The position numbers were made by a program, and so were the translations under genes. The notes under the pieces were generated by a model, which made no database searches, was not told the origin of the DNA, and saw nothing but the letters and a program-made list of their open reading frames with translations. From Selaginella moellendorffii (Eukaryota > Plantae > Lycopodiophyta), in the NCBI RefSeq assembly GCF_000143415.4, contig NW_003314270.1, forward strand, positions 3,069,668 to 3,133,667: a stretch of DNA of 64,000 nt, read 5' to 3'. Position 1 is the first letter of the stretch; each line of letters starts with the position of its first letter. Below are positions 13,056 through 26,066 of the stretch, one piece after another.

Positions 13056-15597
13056 CTACTCCTCCTTGTAATGCAGCGCGCTGTCCCAGTAATGCCCAAC
13101 TCCAGCGTCGGACAAGTACTTCCTCGCGGCCCCGGCAGTGTGGAACTTTTGGAAGAAGAACCTGTCAAACGCTGGCCGAGCTACGCTTCCCTGCCACACC
13201 TGGACGCACTTGTTCTCCTTCTCCTCGTTTCCATCCTCCTCGTCCCCCTGCTCGTTTCCACCGCTGCCTTCTTCCTTCGCCGACCAGTTGATCCTCCGGA
13301 GCATCAGCTTGGTGTATCGCTTGATCGACTTTGCGCCACCCTCGACGATCACCACCGTCATGCCGTCGGTGATGATCGCGCAACCTGTGAGCCTGTTCTC
13401 CTGGGCGTTGATGTCCACCTTAAACCGAGTCTGGGGGTGGGAGATGTCGCTCACCCGGAACACCGCGACTATGGTTTCCAGCGTCCCCTGGTCGTCAAAG
13501 AGCCTCTTTTCCTTCTTCTCGCGTCTCTCGGCTGGAGTGAGCTTCCTGGCGAGGTTTCTGTCCGTGTGAGCGCGCTCTCTCTCGGCCGCGGCAGTCCTGA
13601 TCTCGTGTTCCATCCTCGTCGGGTCCTGGGTTGCCTCGGCTCCCAGCACGCTCATGAGGTTGGACATCTTCACCTTTGCTTTTGGAGGTTCGATCTTTCC
13701 CTGCCTGATCAGCTCTTGCCTTTCTTTTTCCCTGGCTAGACGACGCTGGGTCCGCATTTTCTTCTGCTCCTTTTTCGTTAGCTTGAGTGGCTGTGGTGGT
13801 GGAGGCGCTGGCTCTGCTGGGGGTTCGATCGGTACGGGGTGCTCAACGTAGATATTGATCTTCTCTTTCTTGAACTTCACGTCAGCTCCGTCGATCACCT
13901 CGTCGTAACTCTGTGTCTGAGGAGGTAGAACAGCGAAATCCCTGTAGGAAAACTTCATGTCAGATTTTACTTTGTGCTTAACTCAAGAAAACTTACCACC
14001 ACTCCACATGAGGAATCGGGTCTTGGTGCTGTTTGTCATCCTTGAATATCCTCTCCGTAACTTCTATAAGATTTGGGTTAATGTCCCCTTCTGCTTTGGC
14101 CTTTGCAAGGGCCGCCTGCTTCGACCTTATCTCGCGGGCTTTAGCAGCCCCAAAACGATTCTAAACACAAGTTATGAGTGACTAGTAGAAGAAAAAAAAT
14201 CAAAGTACTTACATTAAGTCGAAAGATTTCCGCCTTTTTCGTCCATCTTCCCTCTTCCACGAACTGAAAGGAGTTTCTCCTTTGACGTACAAGCTTTGTT
14301 CTGTCCATTCCCATGTCAGCATCAAAATGAGGATTATTTATTGGATCCTCCTCCAATTCTGGATGTAAAATCTGGAAAGCATCCTTCTTTTGCTTGTTGA
14401 TGTTCACCTAAGTACATATAACAAACCGTAGAAAGATCAGACCGCACCCCAAAAACAACCAACTCACCTTGAGTGTGCTGATGTTTGACTTCCGGTTATC
14501 CACAACGACACCGTGCTCGTCAATCTCTCTTCCTTGCTTGTCCAAGCGAAGAACGGGGTGCTTTACAACTTTTGGCCCAGCCGATGGAACACCCGGTACG
14601 TGAAGTGCCATGGAACCAGGCGGCTGCTGGAAGCCGAGGCGAGCTACGCATTCCTGAGCACGCTTGTAACTCGCTATGTTTGCGGCATTAGCAACAACGT
14701 CCACTGTTCCGGAAGGCACCACAGAATCTGGGGTTATAGTGTTCGCGCTATCATTTTCGTTTGCCAGCTGCTCCAACTAGAAACAAGAGAAGAGAAAAAG
14801 GAACTCAAACAAAAGAAATAAAAAACTTCCACTTCACTTACCAGTGGCAACTTTTTCAGCTTCTCGTTGAGCTCCTTGCGAAGCTGCCGCATTCTCGCCT
14901 TGGCCTTCGCTATGGCCGATGCATCACCAGCAACTGGTGCCACCTCTGGTTCCGGTGCTGGAGACGGTTCTTGAGCAACAGGGGCAGTCTGTGGAACAGC
15001 CGCTGGAGCTGCTGCTGGAGCTGGAACAGGGGCAGGAACAGGAACAGGAGCTGGAGATGAAAATGGAGCCGGTGTTGGAGTTGAGGCCGGAGTTAAGGCC
15101 ACCACTGGTTGTGCTGGTGTTTGTCCATTCATCTCTACATTGGAAGCTTTCTCTTCTTCAGCAAATTCGCTACGACTCCGCTTACTCACCGACTTATCGG
15201 CCGTCTCCTTCTCCAAATCGCGCTTGCGCTTCGCGTCCTTCCTTGATTCATCCTCCTGATCCCTGCTCCGCTTCTCCACCTTAGATCCATCTTCCTGATC
15301 CCTGCTACGCTTCTTCAAATCATCATCTTGCTCCCTGCCGCGCTTCTCCGACCTCGTTTTCTCCTTCTCCTCCTTGGAAGACTTGTGACCTCGGTCGTGC
15401 CTCTCCTCCTTGGATTTGTGATGCCGCCTATCATCCTCCTGCTTGTCATACCTCGAAGAAGAAGATTTGTGGCGCCGGCGATGATCATCCTCCTCCCGAT
15501 CCACGTCCCTGTGGTGACGCCGCTCGCGCTTCTCGTCATGGTGCCAGCGATCGTCCTCCTCCACCCTATGGCGCCTATCCCTCCTCTCCTTCTCCAT
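13056..15597 (-). CDS. PRP3: U4/U6 snRNP protein Prp3 (RDM16-like), multi-exon
   Basis: Arg/Asp/His-rich N-terminus. Motifs YVEHPVPIEPP, LTKKEQKKMRTQRR, EPPKAKVKMSNLM, FKVDINAQENRLTG, KRYTKLMLRRINW, NKCVQVWQG. Confidence 0.95.
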
Positions 15598-15723
15598 CGC
15601 CCCTCCCACCCTAACCCTAAACCCTTGAGCCTCAAAATGTGATATCTTTGTTTATTTGGCATCACCACCACATTTACAATAATACCTGCGAAGAAGAAAA
15701 TGCGAAACAACGATCCCTGCCAA

Positions 15724-18451
15724 TCAAAAAAGCTCTTCTGAGTTAAATTTGTTCCAAGCTTCCTGGAGAAAACCAAGAACAAGAGAGTGTGAGCTCCAGA
15801 GAAATGGGAGGAAAAAGAGAGAGAATCTCCCCACCTTCAACAAATCAAACACTTTCTCTGCGATGTACTTCTGCTGGATCGTCGCTCCTTTCTGCTGCAC
15901 CTTATCAGGATGCACGCACAGAGTAGCTCTTCTATACACTTTCTTCACGGCCGCTCCAGTAAGTAAATCCGTGAGGGAAACGGGTTGCCACCCACATTCC
16001 GGCCACAATACCTGCGAATTCATGGACCAAAGAATTGAGTTGAATCGATCGATGCGTTTTCTACTTACATATTGCAGGGTCGAAAGCAAGGCACGAAGAT
16101 TTCCTTCCTTCCCTGCAGCCCATCTCTTTATCTCCGAGTCTAATGTCTCGCTAGCTCTCTGCAAAAGTATGCAACCGGATTAAGCTTCTACGCATCTTAA
16201 TGTTTGAAAAACGTTTTACGTGTTTCTCCGCTTGCTCTCTCTGGGTCGCCAAATCTCTCCGATGCTTTTCATCCAGAGCTTGTCTCTATTAAACAGCACG
16301 TAAGTGCAAGCGTAAAGTGTGAAACTTGGAAACACTCACTGCTCGTGCTTGTGTACGCTGATCCCGTTCCAGCCGAGCCTTCCTTCTATCAGGTGTTTCA
16401 CCATCTATCTCTCTGAAAGGAGAAGATGGATTGTCTAAGAGAAAGCATAGAGCCCGTTAGCCGACCATTGCACTAAAGACGCCTTCTGCTTACCAAATAA
16501 ATTCGTTAACTCATCAATGCCAGAGACTGATGAGACTTTCTTCACTGGCGCGCCCGAGGAGCCTCTTTTATCACTCGAAGGAAACGGCTTCGAGAAATCC
16601 TGTAGGAAAAATACGAGGGGCTCGTCAACCAAAAATATAACAAAGGCGCCGTTTTTACCGAAGTTGGAGGTCGTTGCTTGGGAGCACTTGTTGCGCGGCC
16701 GAAGATACCCCCTTCGAAGTCGTCAGACGATGATCTTTGCTCTTTCGCTTTGTTTTGCGCAGCAGCAGCTTTACGTGCTTCTTCAGCGGCTCTTTCGCGA
16801 ACTTGAGCATTGATCTTTCCCACGGCAGCTCGTTCCCCCGCCTTCTTTTCTGCTGCTATTCGTGCTTCTTCTGCTGCTCTCTCGCGCACTTGAGCATTGA
16901 TTCTGTCCACTGCTGCTCGTTCCCTTGCTCGAGTCTCGGCCGCTGCTTTTTCGGAAGCCGCTTTCTCGGCTGCTGCTCTCTCAGCAGCCCTCTGCCTAGC
17001 GTCAGCAGCTGCTCTTTCACGAGCCTCAGCCGTCGCCTTCTCCACAGCAATTCGCTCGACTCTCTCACGAGCCTGTTTCGCTGCTCTCTGCCTCGCTTCC
17101 TGAGTAGCTCTTTCAACAGCCTCCCGTTCTCTCCTCAACCTCTCCTTTTCCTCCCGTTCTCTCTGTATGCGTTCCTCTTCTTCTCTTTCCGCTTTTCTCT
17201 GCAACTCTCTTTCCTTCTCAAGCTTGTATCTTGCTTCTGCCTCGTCCTCATCGTCACTTAGTCCCCCTTGAAAGTCGTGACGACCATTCACATACGGACT
17301 CTCGTGGTAGCCAAGGCCAGGAGGTGGTCGGGAAGGAGGCGGCGCTACTGTAGGGTCGGTCAAGAGCCGCACACTGTGAACGGTCACCCAAGGTTCCTTA
17401 AACTCACGAGAAGTTCCCTCCTCCGTGAAGTCCCCTGATCCATAACTATCTGCTGGAATGTACTCTTCATTCGGGACGTAGTCCTTCGCCGGAACATACT
17501 CTTCCTGCACCGCTTCCTCTTTTCCTTCTGGTAAAGAATCATCACTATCGTTGTCCACGTCGGCTTTCCTGGAAGAACCAAAGCTTTGTCTAACTGACTT
17601 TGGATAGCCGGTGAAGGGATCCAAAGGATCTGAAACAGAAGGTACGCCAGAGAATGGATCGGGTTCAATACCGGCGAAAGGGTCTACCTCCGTCGAAGCA
17701 GGGGCCGGTTCGTCGACAGAGATGAAAGAGCTCGGCTCTGGCTGCTTGGAAGAAGAGTACCTGGAAACAGCATTTTTAAGTTTCCAGACTTATAGGACGA
17801 AACTACAAAGAACACGTACCCGGATCCCATGCCTGGTATCAAGTCATCATCGTAAGGTGTGGAGCCAGTGTCGAACTGTGGCGGAGGAGGTTTGGTCTTT
17901 GGTCCCGATCTATATCCCCCAAGCAGATCATCCGTCGGGCTTTCACTGGAGCTAGCTCCTCCTCCACCACCACCAAAGACATTGTCGTAAGAAACGCCCG
18001 AGGAGGAGCGAGTCCCTCGCACACCCACGAAGATATCATCCTCGTAAGGAGCGTCGAAAACCGGGAGAGAGTGATCTCTGGAAGAGGACGACGATGGCGG
18101 AGGCGGCGGCTGCGATCTAAAGATGTCCTCGTAGACAGGCACCGATGGGGCGGAGGACGATGTGTGCTTGGGAGGAGCAAATTTGGGCGGACCACCGAAA
18201 ACATCGTCGTAGGATCCACCCAGCGGCTCCGAGGAGGAAGAGGCATTGCGCGGCTTGGAACCAAAGAAGAGATCGTCGTCTCCGAAGGAAGCTCTGGCCG
18301 ATCTAGCATTGCTGCCGCCGCTGCTGCTCTTACCCTTGATCGCCGGCTCACCCCCGGCGGATGCCGTGGCCTTGGCAGCTGACATGGGAGCCATCTTGCC
18401 CTGGGGCTTGATGCCATAATCCCTGTGGAGCAAGTTCGCGAAATCCTCCAT
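15724..18451 (-). CDS. Auxilin-like protein with C-terminal J-domain, multi-exon
   Basis: N-terminal [13 protein letters not shown], Ala/Arg/Glu coiled coil, C-terminal [40 protein letters not shown]. Confidence 0.93.
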
Positions 18452-18691
18452 CTCCCAGATCTAGAATCTAGATCCGGCGCGCAATTAGATCGGCGACCTC
18501 GCGCTGCCGCTAAGTCGTACCTCGATTCATTCACTCACAGCATTGGCGTCTCCATCTCCGCCCTCCACACTGGGCGTGGGCGATGGGCGCCCTAATCCAC
18601 AAACGCTACTAAAGCTACTGTGTAGAAGATAGCGATTACGCTAAGCAAGATACCCTAAAATGTGCCCACGCCAAGAACCCTAAAATTTCTC

Positions 18692-19183
18692 ATGGCGCTG
18701 GCTGCGCGTAGGGCTTTGCGATCGCTGGCGGAATCGGGCGCTCTCTTCTGCCAGCGTCTCTGCGGCGTGAAGACGGCGGCATCGCCCAGCGGCGGCGCGG
18801 CAGCAGCGGGAGGATCGGGATCGGCGCCGCCGCGCAAGACCGGAATCGCGCACTCGCGCTTCACGCACGGCAATGTGTTTGTCACGATCACGGATTTCGA
18901 GGGCAACGCGAGGGCGCAGGCGTCGGCGGGGATGTGTGGATTCAAGGGCTCGCATCGCGACTCCAAGTTTGCGGCGAATGCGGTGGCGGAGCAGGCGGCG
19001 CGAGGGGCCGCGCAGCTGGGGATGAAAGCGGTGGAGGTGAGGCTCAAAGGAGGATTTGGGGTGGGCAAGAGGAAGTACTTGCTGCGAGGATTCAAGCAGG
19101 GCGGGCTCACAGTGCTCAAGATCAGGGACGTGACCGCCATTCCTTTCAATGGATGCCGCCCTCCAAAGAAGCGCAGGGTCTAG
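18692..19183 (+). CDS. RPS11: Nuclear-encoded organellar (probably mitochondrial) ribosomal protein S11
   Basis: Arg/Ala/Leu-rich presequence, then GIAH..GNVFVTITD, SAGMCGFKG, IRDVTAIPFNGCRPPKKRRV. Intronless. Confidence 0.9.
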   Translation: MALAARRALRSLAESGALFCQRLCGVKTAASPSGGAAAAGGSGSAPPRKTGIAHSRFTHGNVFVTITDFEGNARAQASAGMCGFKGSHRDSKFAANAVAEQAARGAAQLGMKAVEVRLKGGFGVGKRKYLLRGFKQGGLTVLKIRDVTAIPFNGCRPPKKRRV

Positions 19184-20600
19184 AATTCCATTCTTTGTTG
19201 GGCGATCGTTCATGGTTTTGGAAATGGCCTTGCGAGATCGTTCGCAAGTCCCGGCTGGTATGTGTCCCCTCGATCATTGTGGAAGGAAAAAGGTAGTCGA
19301 TCTTGTGATATCGCCTTCTTTCTTCTCGAACAGATCATTGTTGGAAGGCGTGAGATTGATTCCAGGAAGAAACTTGCTGGTGGGCAACACTGTTCTTCTC
19401 GAGGCAAGGAAAGCTCTACTTTTAACTTTCTCGATTGCTTCTTCTTGGCATCATCTCCGCAGTGGAATTCTTGTTCACCATCTCTTTTGCAGATCTTGCT
19501 TAGTGACAACAGTGAAGTTTTTTTTTTACACCTCTCGCTCCCCTTTGTTCTTGAAAAGACCCCAACTAAAATGGTGGGCTTTGGCTTGATTACAATTCGA
19601 TCCTTTCTCTCTCTCTCTCTCTCTGCTGCCTGCATCATCGAATCGAAGTCGGCTGGATGATGATGCTGATGTATCATCATCACACTGCATTGTGCTGATT
19701 CGATCCATCTGTTGACTGTTTCGCATGGAGTCCAAGGTTCGCCCCAAAGCTGGACAGAACTTTTCAAGAAGACACACTCACAACAAAGAGAGCATGTAAA
19801 AAGAAAAAAAAAAGGAAAAATTCGCCCATACCCATGATTTTGCAAGAGAGAATCCACCCTTTCATCAGAAAGTCTAACAAAATTTTCACCCAAAGTCAAT
19901 CGTGCTCTTATGTGCGTCCGACAACTTTTCTTATAAAAAGCGAGAAAAAATATCCCACCAAGTGGATAAAAAAGATAAGAAAAACAGTTAAAAAGGAAAA
20001 ATTCTAGAAACCATAACGAAGAAGACCTTTCAATAAATTTTAGGGCAAAGGGTTTGTTGCTCCACGCCACTCCAAGTCGCATTGGAGGCGAAAAAGAAAT
20101 GAAAACAAATCCGGTGGTACGCCTGTATGGAAGATTTGCTGTGGCCCGCATATCATATGTCTATGGTTTGGATGGACATGCCAACCGGTCGGTCCCAAAA
20201 TCAAATCCTGTACGGCGCGCGTACGGCCGCGCGGGTTGTGGCCACGGCTTTGGGCCATGTGTGAGCTCTCTCTCGAGCACACACACACACACACAGCGAA
20301 AGCAATAGTCCCTCTTCTCGCCCAGGCCGCCAGGAGGAGAGAGGATGGGCTAAATCGATTGATCGCGCGAGGTGAGAGAGAGAGGAGAGATTTTGGGAGA
20401 GAGATGAGCACGCATTCTACCAGGGGAGTGATAGATGGGTCGGCGGAGGTTCTCCGAGGGAGCGATGGAGCGAGTTTTGGTACTGGGTCGTGGAATGTGG
20501 CCTCTGGGCGACGGGTTTTAGGATCGTCCATGGAGTGGCAGTGTGGAGCTTAGCAAGAGAGGGAAAGAGTGAAGAAGAAAAAATCCCAAGAAATCGATCG

Positions 20601-23600
20601 ATGTGTCAAGTTCCTCCACCGCGGGACGATGTGAGCTTCTTAGCGGCAGCGGCGGCTGCTGTGAGGATCAAGCTCCCGAGGAAGAGCAGAGAGGCAATGC
20701 CGGAGGAGAAGCTCTCCACCACGGAGGAGCTCAAGGCGCGAGCTAGGAATTCTTCGTGGAAGCACCAAGTTAACAGCAACTTGGTGATGATCACGTCCTC
20801 CTCGTCTTCTTCCAGGGGGCGATTGCTGGGACCATCGAGCGCCACCACCACGCAGACGATCCAGCAGACAACCACGCAAACCACGACTCAAACCACGACC
20901 ACGATGAGTAGTAGCAGCAGTGGCAGCAGTGGAAGCGCTAGCATGAGCAAGCAGCGCCACGTAAAATACTTTGGGGAGAAGTATCACGGCAAGCTGCTGG
21001 TTCTTTGGTTGATCCTCGGGCTTGGAGCCGCGGTCTACATCAATCACTCGCTCACGGACTCCTACATTGAGCGCCGGAGGGAGACGCTCGCGAATATGTG
21101 CAAGGAGCGAGCGTGGATGCTCCAGGACCAGTTTAATTCCAGCATGAACCACGTCCGATCCTTGACGGCCCTCGTCACCACTTTCCATCTCGCGAAGCAG
21201 CCATCCGCGCTCGATCAGGCAAGGCAGTTTTTCTGGTTTTTGCTCGAAAGTTGGCCTTGTTCTTGAGAGCTTTTCTCTCAAGAACAAGGCCAGCTTTCGA
21301 GCTTTTGGAGTTGGAACTTTAGCTCAGCTTTGGTGGTTTGTTGCTTTGCAGGAGACTTTTGCGGCCTACACTGCGAGGACGTCCTTCGAGAGGCCGCTCA
21401 TGTCCGGGGTGGCGTATGCTCACAAGGTGGAGCACTGGCAACGGCGAGCTTTCGAGGAGGAGATGGGATGGAGCATCAAAGAGATGCGAAGCAATGCTCC
21501 GCGAGCTCAGAACCTGGACGAGTACGCTCCTACGGTTCTCTCGCAGAACACTCTCGCTCATCTAGCGTCCGTGGACATGATGTCTGGCGAGGTTTGCTAT
21601 AAGTTTTCGAATTTTTTTCCAAAGTTTTCCTCCATCAACTTAAGCGCTTCTTTTGTGGCTTTTGTAGGAGGATCGAGAGAACATCTTACGCTCCCGAGCA
21701 AGCGGCAAGGGAGCTCTCACGAGTCCGTTCCGGCTTCTCGAGTCGGATCACTTGGGAGTTGTTCTTACGTTCACAGTCTACAAGACGGATCTTCCAGACG
21801 ACGCAACGCCTGCTCAACGCATCCAAGCGACCGCTGGGTCTGTAACTCTGCTCACACTACTCTAGATCTTCTCAATACCACTGTTTGCTCTACCACCAAC
21901 ATCACTCAGTAGCACATACCGCACAGACAGAAAAAGAGAGATGAAGAAGATCATGGAAGGTTTCTCTATTTTTCTGATGGGAAGGGCCATGGCTGTGCTG
22001 CAGCTATGTAGGTGGAGCATTTGACTTCGAGTCGCTTGTGGAGAACCTTTTGCGGCAGCTGTCCGAAAGCCAGACCATCATTGTCAATGTCAACGATGTC
22101 ACGAACAAGTCCAATCCGCTTGTCATGTACGGCCCAAACATTCCCGACGGGAACGAGATCGAAGTATGTCAGCTCGAGTTTGGGGATCCCTTCCGGAAGC
22201 ACGAGATGCGATGCAGGTGAAAGCAATCTCCATTCTCGTATCAAAGTTTCGAAAGAAAGTCTCGAGAGTTTGTCTATAATTCTCTCAGGAGCTTACTCTT
22301 AGATTTGTTCTCTCCCAGGTTTAACAAGGAAGCGTCTGTTGTGTGGACGGCGATCACCACCACCTTTGGAATCGTTGTCATTGTTTTGCTGGTGGCTCAA
22401 ATCTTCTACGCGGCTGGCAACCGCATCGCCAAAGTCGAGGAGGATTATCGCAAGATGGAAGATCTTAAAGTTCGAGCCGAGTCGGCCGATGTTGCGAAGT
22501 CTCAGGTACGATTAGATCACCTCTACTGTGGACTCACGAGATTTTTCTAACTATGTAGTTCCTGGCTACTGTATCACACGAGATCCGGACTCCCATGAAT
22601 GGCGTGCTTGGTGCGTAAGACCTGGTTGAAAGATTCCTTCTTGCGATTTTAACTGTTTTTTTCTTCTGCGCAGGCATGTTGCAAATGCTCATGGACACGG
22701 AGCTCGATTCGACACAGCGGGATTACGCTCACACGGCCCTCGAAAGTGGGAAGCAACTCATAAAACTTATCAACGAAGTCTTGGACCAGGCCAAGATCGA
22801 GTCCGGCAGGATGGAGCTCGAGACTGTCCCTTTCAAGCTACGCACGATTCTCGACGATATTCTCACGCTCTTTTCTGCGGAGAACAAGGACAAAGGAATC
22901 GAAGTAAGCTTTTGTTTACTAGTATTTAGATTGCTACATAGCAAAATGATCTCCAATCTTGTATAAGATCTCCAATCCCGTTTCTTACGTGCTTGCAGCT
23001 GGCGGCATACGTTTCCGAGAGAGTCCCTGACGTTGTCCTTGGGGATCCCGTTCGGCTCCACCAGATCGTGACCAACTTGGTTGGAAACTCAATCAAGGTA
23101 CGTAGATCTTCCAAGCTGTTTCCTTGAACACCCTCATGATCCGGATCGATATATCATTTTCAAATGGTCGGTTTCTTTTCTCTCGCAGTTCACGGATCGC
23201 GGGCATATCTTCGTCTCCGTGCACCTGGAAGAGGACGTGAAAGCCGCAATGTCAGCACAATGCGAGGCGTGCTCGAAACAAGTCACGGAGACGCAAGATC
23301 ACTCGGACAAACTTAACACCGTAGACGCTGCGGGATCGTGCAGCACGCTGAGCGGTCTCGAGGCCGCCGATCGAAGGAACAACTGGGAGACTTTCAAGCT
23401 CATACTGAAACAGGAGAAGTCCCGGCTCACAACTCACAAGCAACCGGTTGACACAGTGAAGCTAGTTTTTAGCGTCGAAGACACAGGAGTGGGGATCCCC
23501 GTCCACGCACAGGAGAGAGTTTTCTCGCCATTCATGCAAGCCGATAGCTCTACCTCGCGGAACTATGGTGGGACTGGGATCGGCCTCAGCATCTCCAAGT

Positions 23601-24785
23601 GTCTGGTGGAGCTCATGAAAGGAGAGATTGGCTTCGTGAGCAGCCTTGGAGTTGGGACAACGTTTTGGTTCACCGTCAACTTCAAGGTGGGAGATCTAGA
23701 AGCGCTCGAGGCTGCTCACAGCGCCGAGTGCTCCAAGCAGCAGCGAGCAGCACACTCGTCAACGCCGCTCACGACGCAGCTGAGTGGACTCAAAGCTCTC
23801 GTCGTGGATGGACGGCCCGTTCGATCGGAGGTGACGAGATATCACTTGCGGAGGCTCGGGATCCAGGTCGACGTTGCGAGTGATGTCTCCTCAGCTCTAG
23901 CTCACCAAAGATCCAAGTAAGTCCTTCCATTTTAGAGAAGATCGTGTAGTTTGAGATAGATGGTCATCGGATCTTATTTGTTTTCTCGGTCACAGGAACT
24001 TAGATATGATTCTGATAGACAAAGATGCGTGGGGTTCTTCCACGGGGCTCTCGTATCCCAGCAAGATCAAGGAGGCGGGACCAACTTTAGCACCGAAGCT
24101 CGTGCTCCTCGCCTTCGACGACGACGAGCACAAGGCCAAGGCCGCTGGCTTTTCGGACAACGTGATAAAGAAGCCGCTCCGAGCAAGCTACATCGCAAAT
24201 CATCTCGAGAAAGCGCTGGGGCTGGATCTCAAGAGGAGAACACGAGAATCAAGCACTCCCACCAGCAGTAGCAGCGACACTAGCGCCAGCATCAACAGCG
24301 GGAGTGGCAGCAGCAACAATCTCCACAGTCTCCTCACCGGGAAATGGATCCTGGTGGTGGACGACAACAAAGTTAACCGGAGAGTAGCGGCGGGAGCGCT
24401 ACAAAAGTATGGCGCTCGCGTCGAGTGCGTCGAGAGTGGGAGGCTGGCCATCGAGAAGCTGGAGCCGCCGCACAAGTTCGATGCGTGCTTCATGGACATC
24501 CAAATGCCGGAGATGGACGGGTGAGTGAGCGCGTGATCTTTCCGAAGTTTCCAAGCCAAGATTATCTAGACGATCAACTTACGATCACTCTCTTCCAGGT
24601 TTGAGGCGACGAGGAGGATACGATGCTTCGAGAAGCGTGGAGGGTCTCACGTCCCCATCCTGGCAATGACGGCGGACGTGATCCAGGCAACTTACGACGA
24701 GTGCCGGCGCTGTGGAATGGACGACTACGTGAGCAAGCCGTTCGAGGAGAAGCAGCTGTATAGAGCCGTGGCCAAATTTTTTTGA
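20601..24785 (+). CDS. CHASE-domain hybrid histidine kinase (cytokinin receptor, AHK/CRE1 family)
   Basis: Transmembrane segment plus CHASE (MCKERAWMLQDQF, TARTSFERPLMSGVAYA), H-box FLATVSHEIRTPMNG, G-boxes EDTGVGIP and YGGTGIGLSIS, receiver CFMDIQMPEMDG. Start codon uncertain (20601 or 20697). Confidence 0.95.
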
Positions 24786-25118
24786 GAAAAAAAAACGAGA
24801 AAAAAAGTAAAGGAAAAACGTATCTAAGCTCTTTCTCGCAAACGTAGCACTTTTGTAGTAAGCGCGATTCCAAAGAACTCTCCTCTCTTATATGAAAGTT
24901 GCCACCTTTGTAGTAACAAAGTTCCAATCACATCTTATAAATCTTGGCGAAAGCATGTAAGTGCTTACCATCCAACACCTCGCGCATTGGTTTTAGGGCT
25001 CTGTGAGAAGATGACGTGTGGTGGTAAGCCAAGTGGCATCTCCGCAAGCCAACGGCCGCGCACCCTCTCTAAATGCGAGACTGCGATCGATCCGGTTCTC
25101 GCGAGAGAAGAAGGAAGG

Positions 25119-26066
25119 ATGGAGGCGATCGATCGCGGCGATGGCGGTGGCTGTAAGGAGGAAGAATGGTGGGGATGGCTGTGGATCGTCTTCTCCAAAC
25201 TGGACGGCCGGAGCCTGGCATCGTGCTGCTGCGTTTCGCGGGCGTGGCAGCAAGCGGCGGGGCAGGAGGAGCTGTGGCGCGGGCTGTGCGCCGCGGCGTG
25301 GCCGGGGCTGGCGCTGAGCGATTGCGGCGAGAAGGCGGTGAGTGTGGCGGGGGGATACCGCCGCTTCTACGGCATCCGGATGAGTGCCGCCGCGCAGCTC
25401 GGTGGCGGCGGTGGGCGATCCAGCCGCAGCAATCCCCGGCTGCGATTGCGGGAGCTCGTGTTTTTTCTCGACGTCCACTACAGGGACTCGCCGGTTTGCT
25501 CCATGGCCAGGGGCGGCGACACGCTCAAGCGGATGTTTCAAGCGGCAGCGGCGCCGCCGGAGCTCCACGATCATCTCGACAACGATGACGAAGATCAAGG
25601 TACATTTCGATTCGTGGTGGAGATCCCGACCTCTACGGGCGCCAGCGACGTGGATGCTCATCAACGTTCTACTGATGGCAATGTCGATTGCGCGGTGTGG
25701 GTGGGGAACTCCGGCAGCAATAGGTGGAGCAAGAAGGAGATACGCGACTTTACGATCAGCTGGGCGGTGATGGTGCGTGGCAGCCCAAAGGTTTTCCAGA
25801 TCCTGCGCTCGCGGCAGCCGGGGCAAGTGGTCGGCAATACTTGCAACTACTCGGAGAGGCTGCCCATCCATTCGTGCTGCTGCTGCTTGAGCGAGACGAA
25901 TCACGTAGCGGAGGTGGATCTCTACTTTTCAGCTGATGGCGGGGGACTGTTTCTTCGCGAGCTGCGGTGTAGCATCCTTAATACGGATTGTTGGAGGTAT
26001 TTCACTCAAGTGCAGGCGTTGCAGTACCTCCAACATGCACTCCTCCACGACTGCCAATTTTCATAG
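25119..26066 (+). CDS. F-box protein, intronless
   Basis: F-box motif LWIVFSKLDGRSLASCCCVSRAWQQAAGQEELWRGLC. Alternative ATG at 25011. Confidence 0.8.
   Translation: MEAIDRGDGGGCKEEEWWGWLWIVFSKLDGRSLASCCCVSRAWQQAAGQEELWRGLCAAAWPGLALSDCGEKAVSVAGGYRRFYGIRMSAAAQLGGGGGRSSRSNPRLRLRELVFFLDVHYRDSPVCSMARGGDTLKRMFQAAAAPPELHDHLDNDDEDQGTFRFVVEIPTSTGASDVDAHQRSTDGNVDCAVWVGNSGSNRWSKKEIRDFTISWAVMVRGSPKVFQILRSRQPGQVVGNTCNYSERLPIHSCCCCLSETNHVAEVDLYFSADGGGLFLRELRCSILNTDCWRYFTQVQALQYLQHALLHDCQFS

Noticed and set aside
19210-20151. 313-aa minus-strand ORF
   Set aside because: Phe/Ser-rich translation of low-complexity intergenic DNA with a non-ATG start and no domain.
24993-25904. 303-aa ORF antisense to the F-box gene
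   Set aside because: Expected shadow ORF in GC-rich coding DNA.
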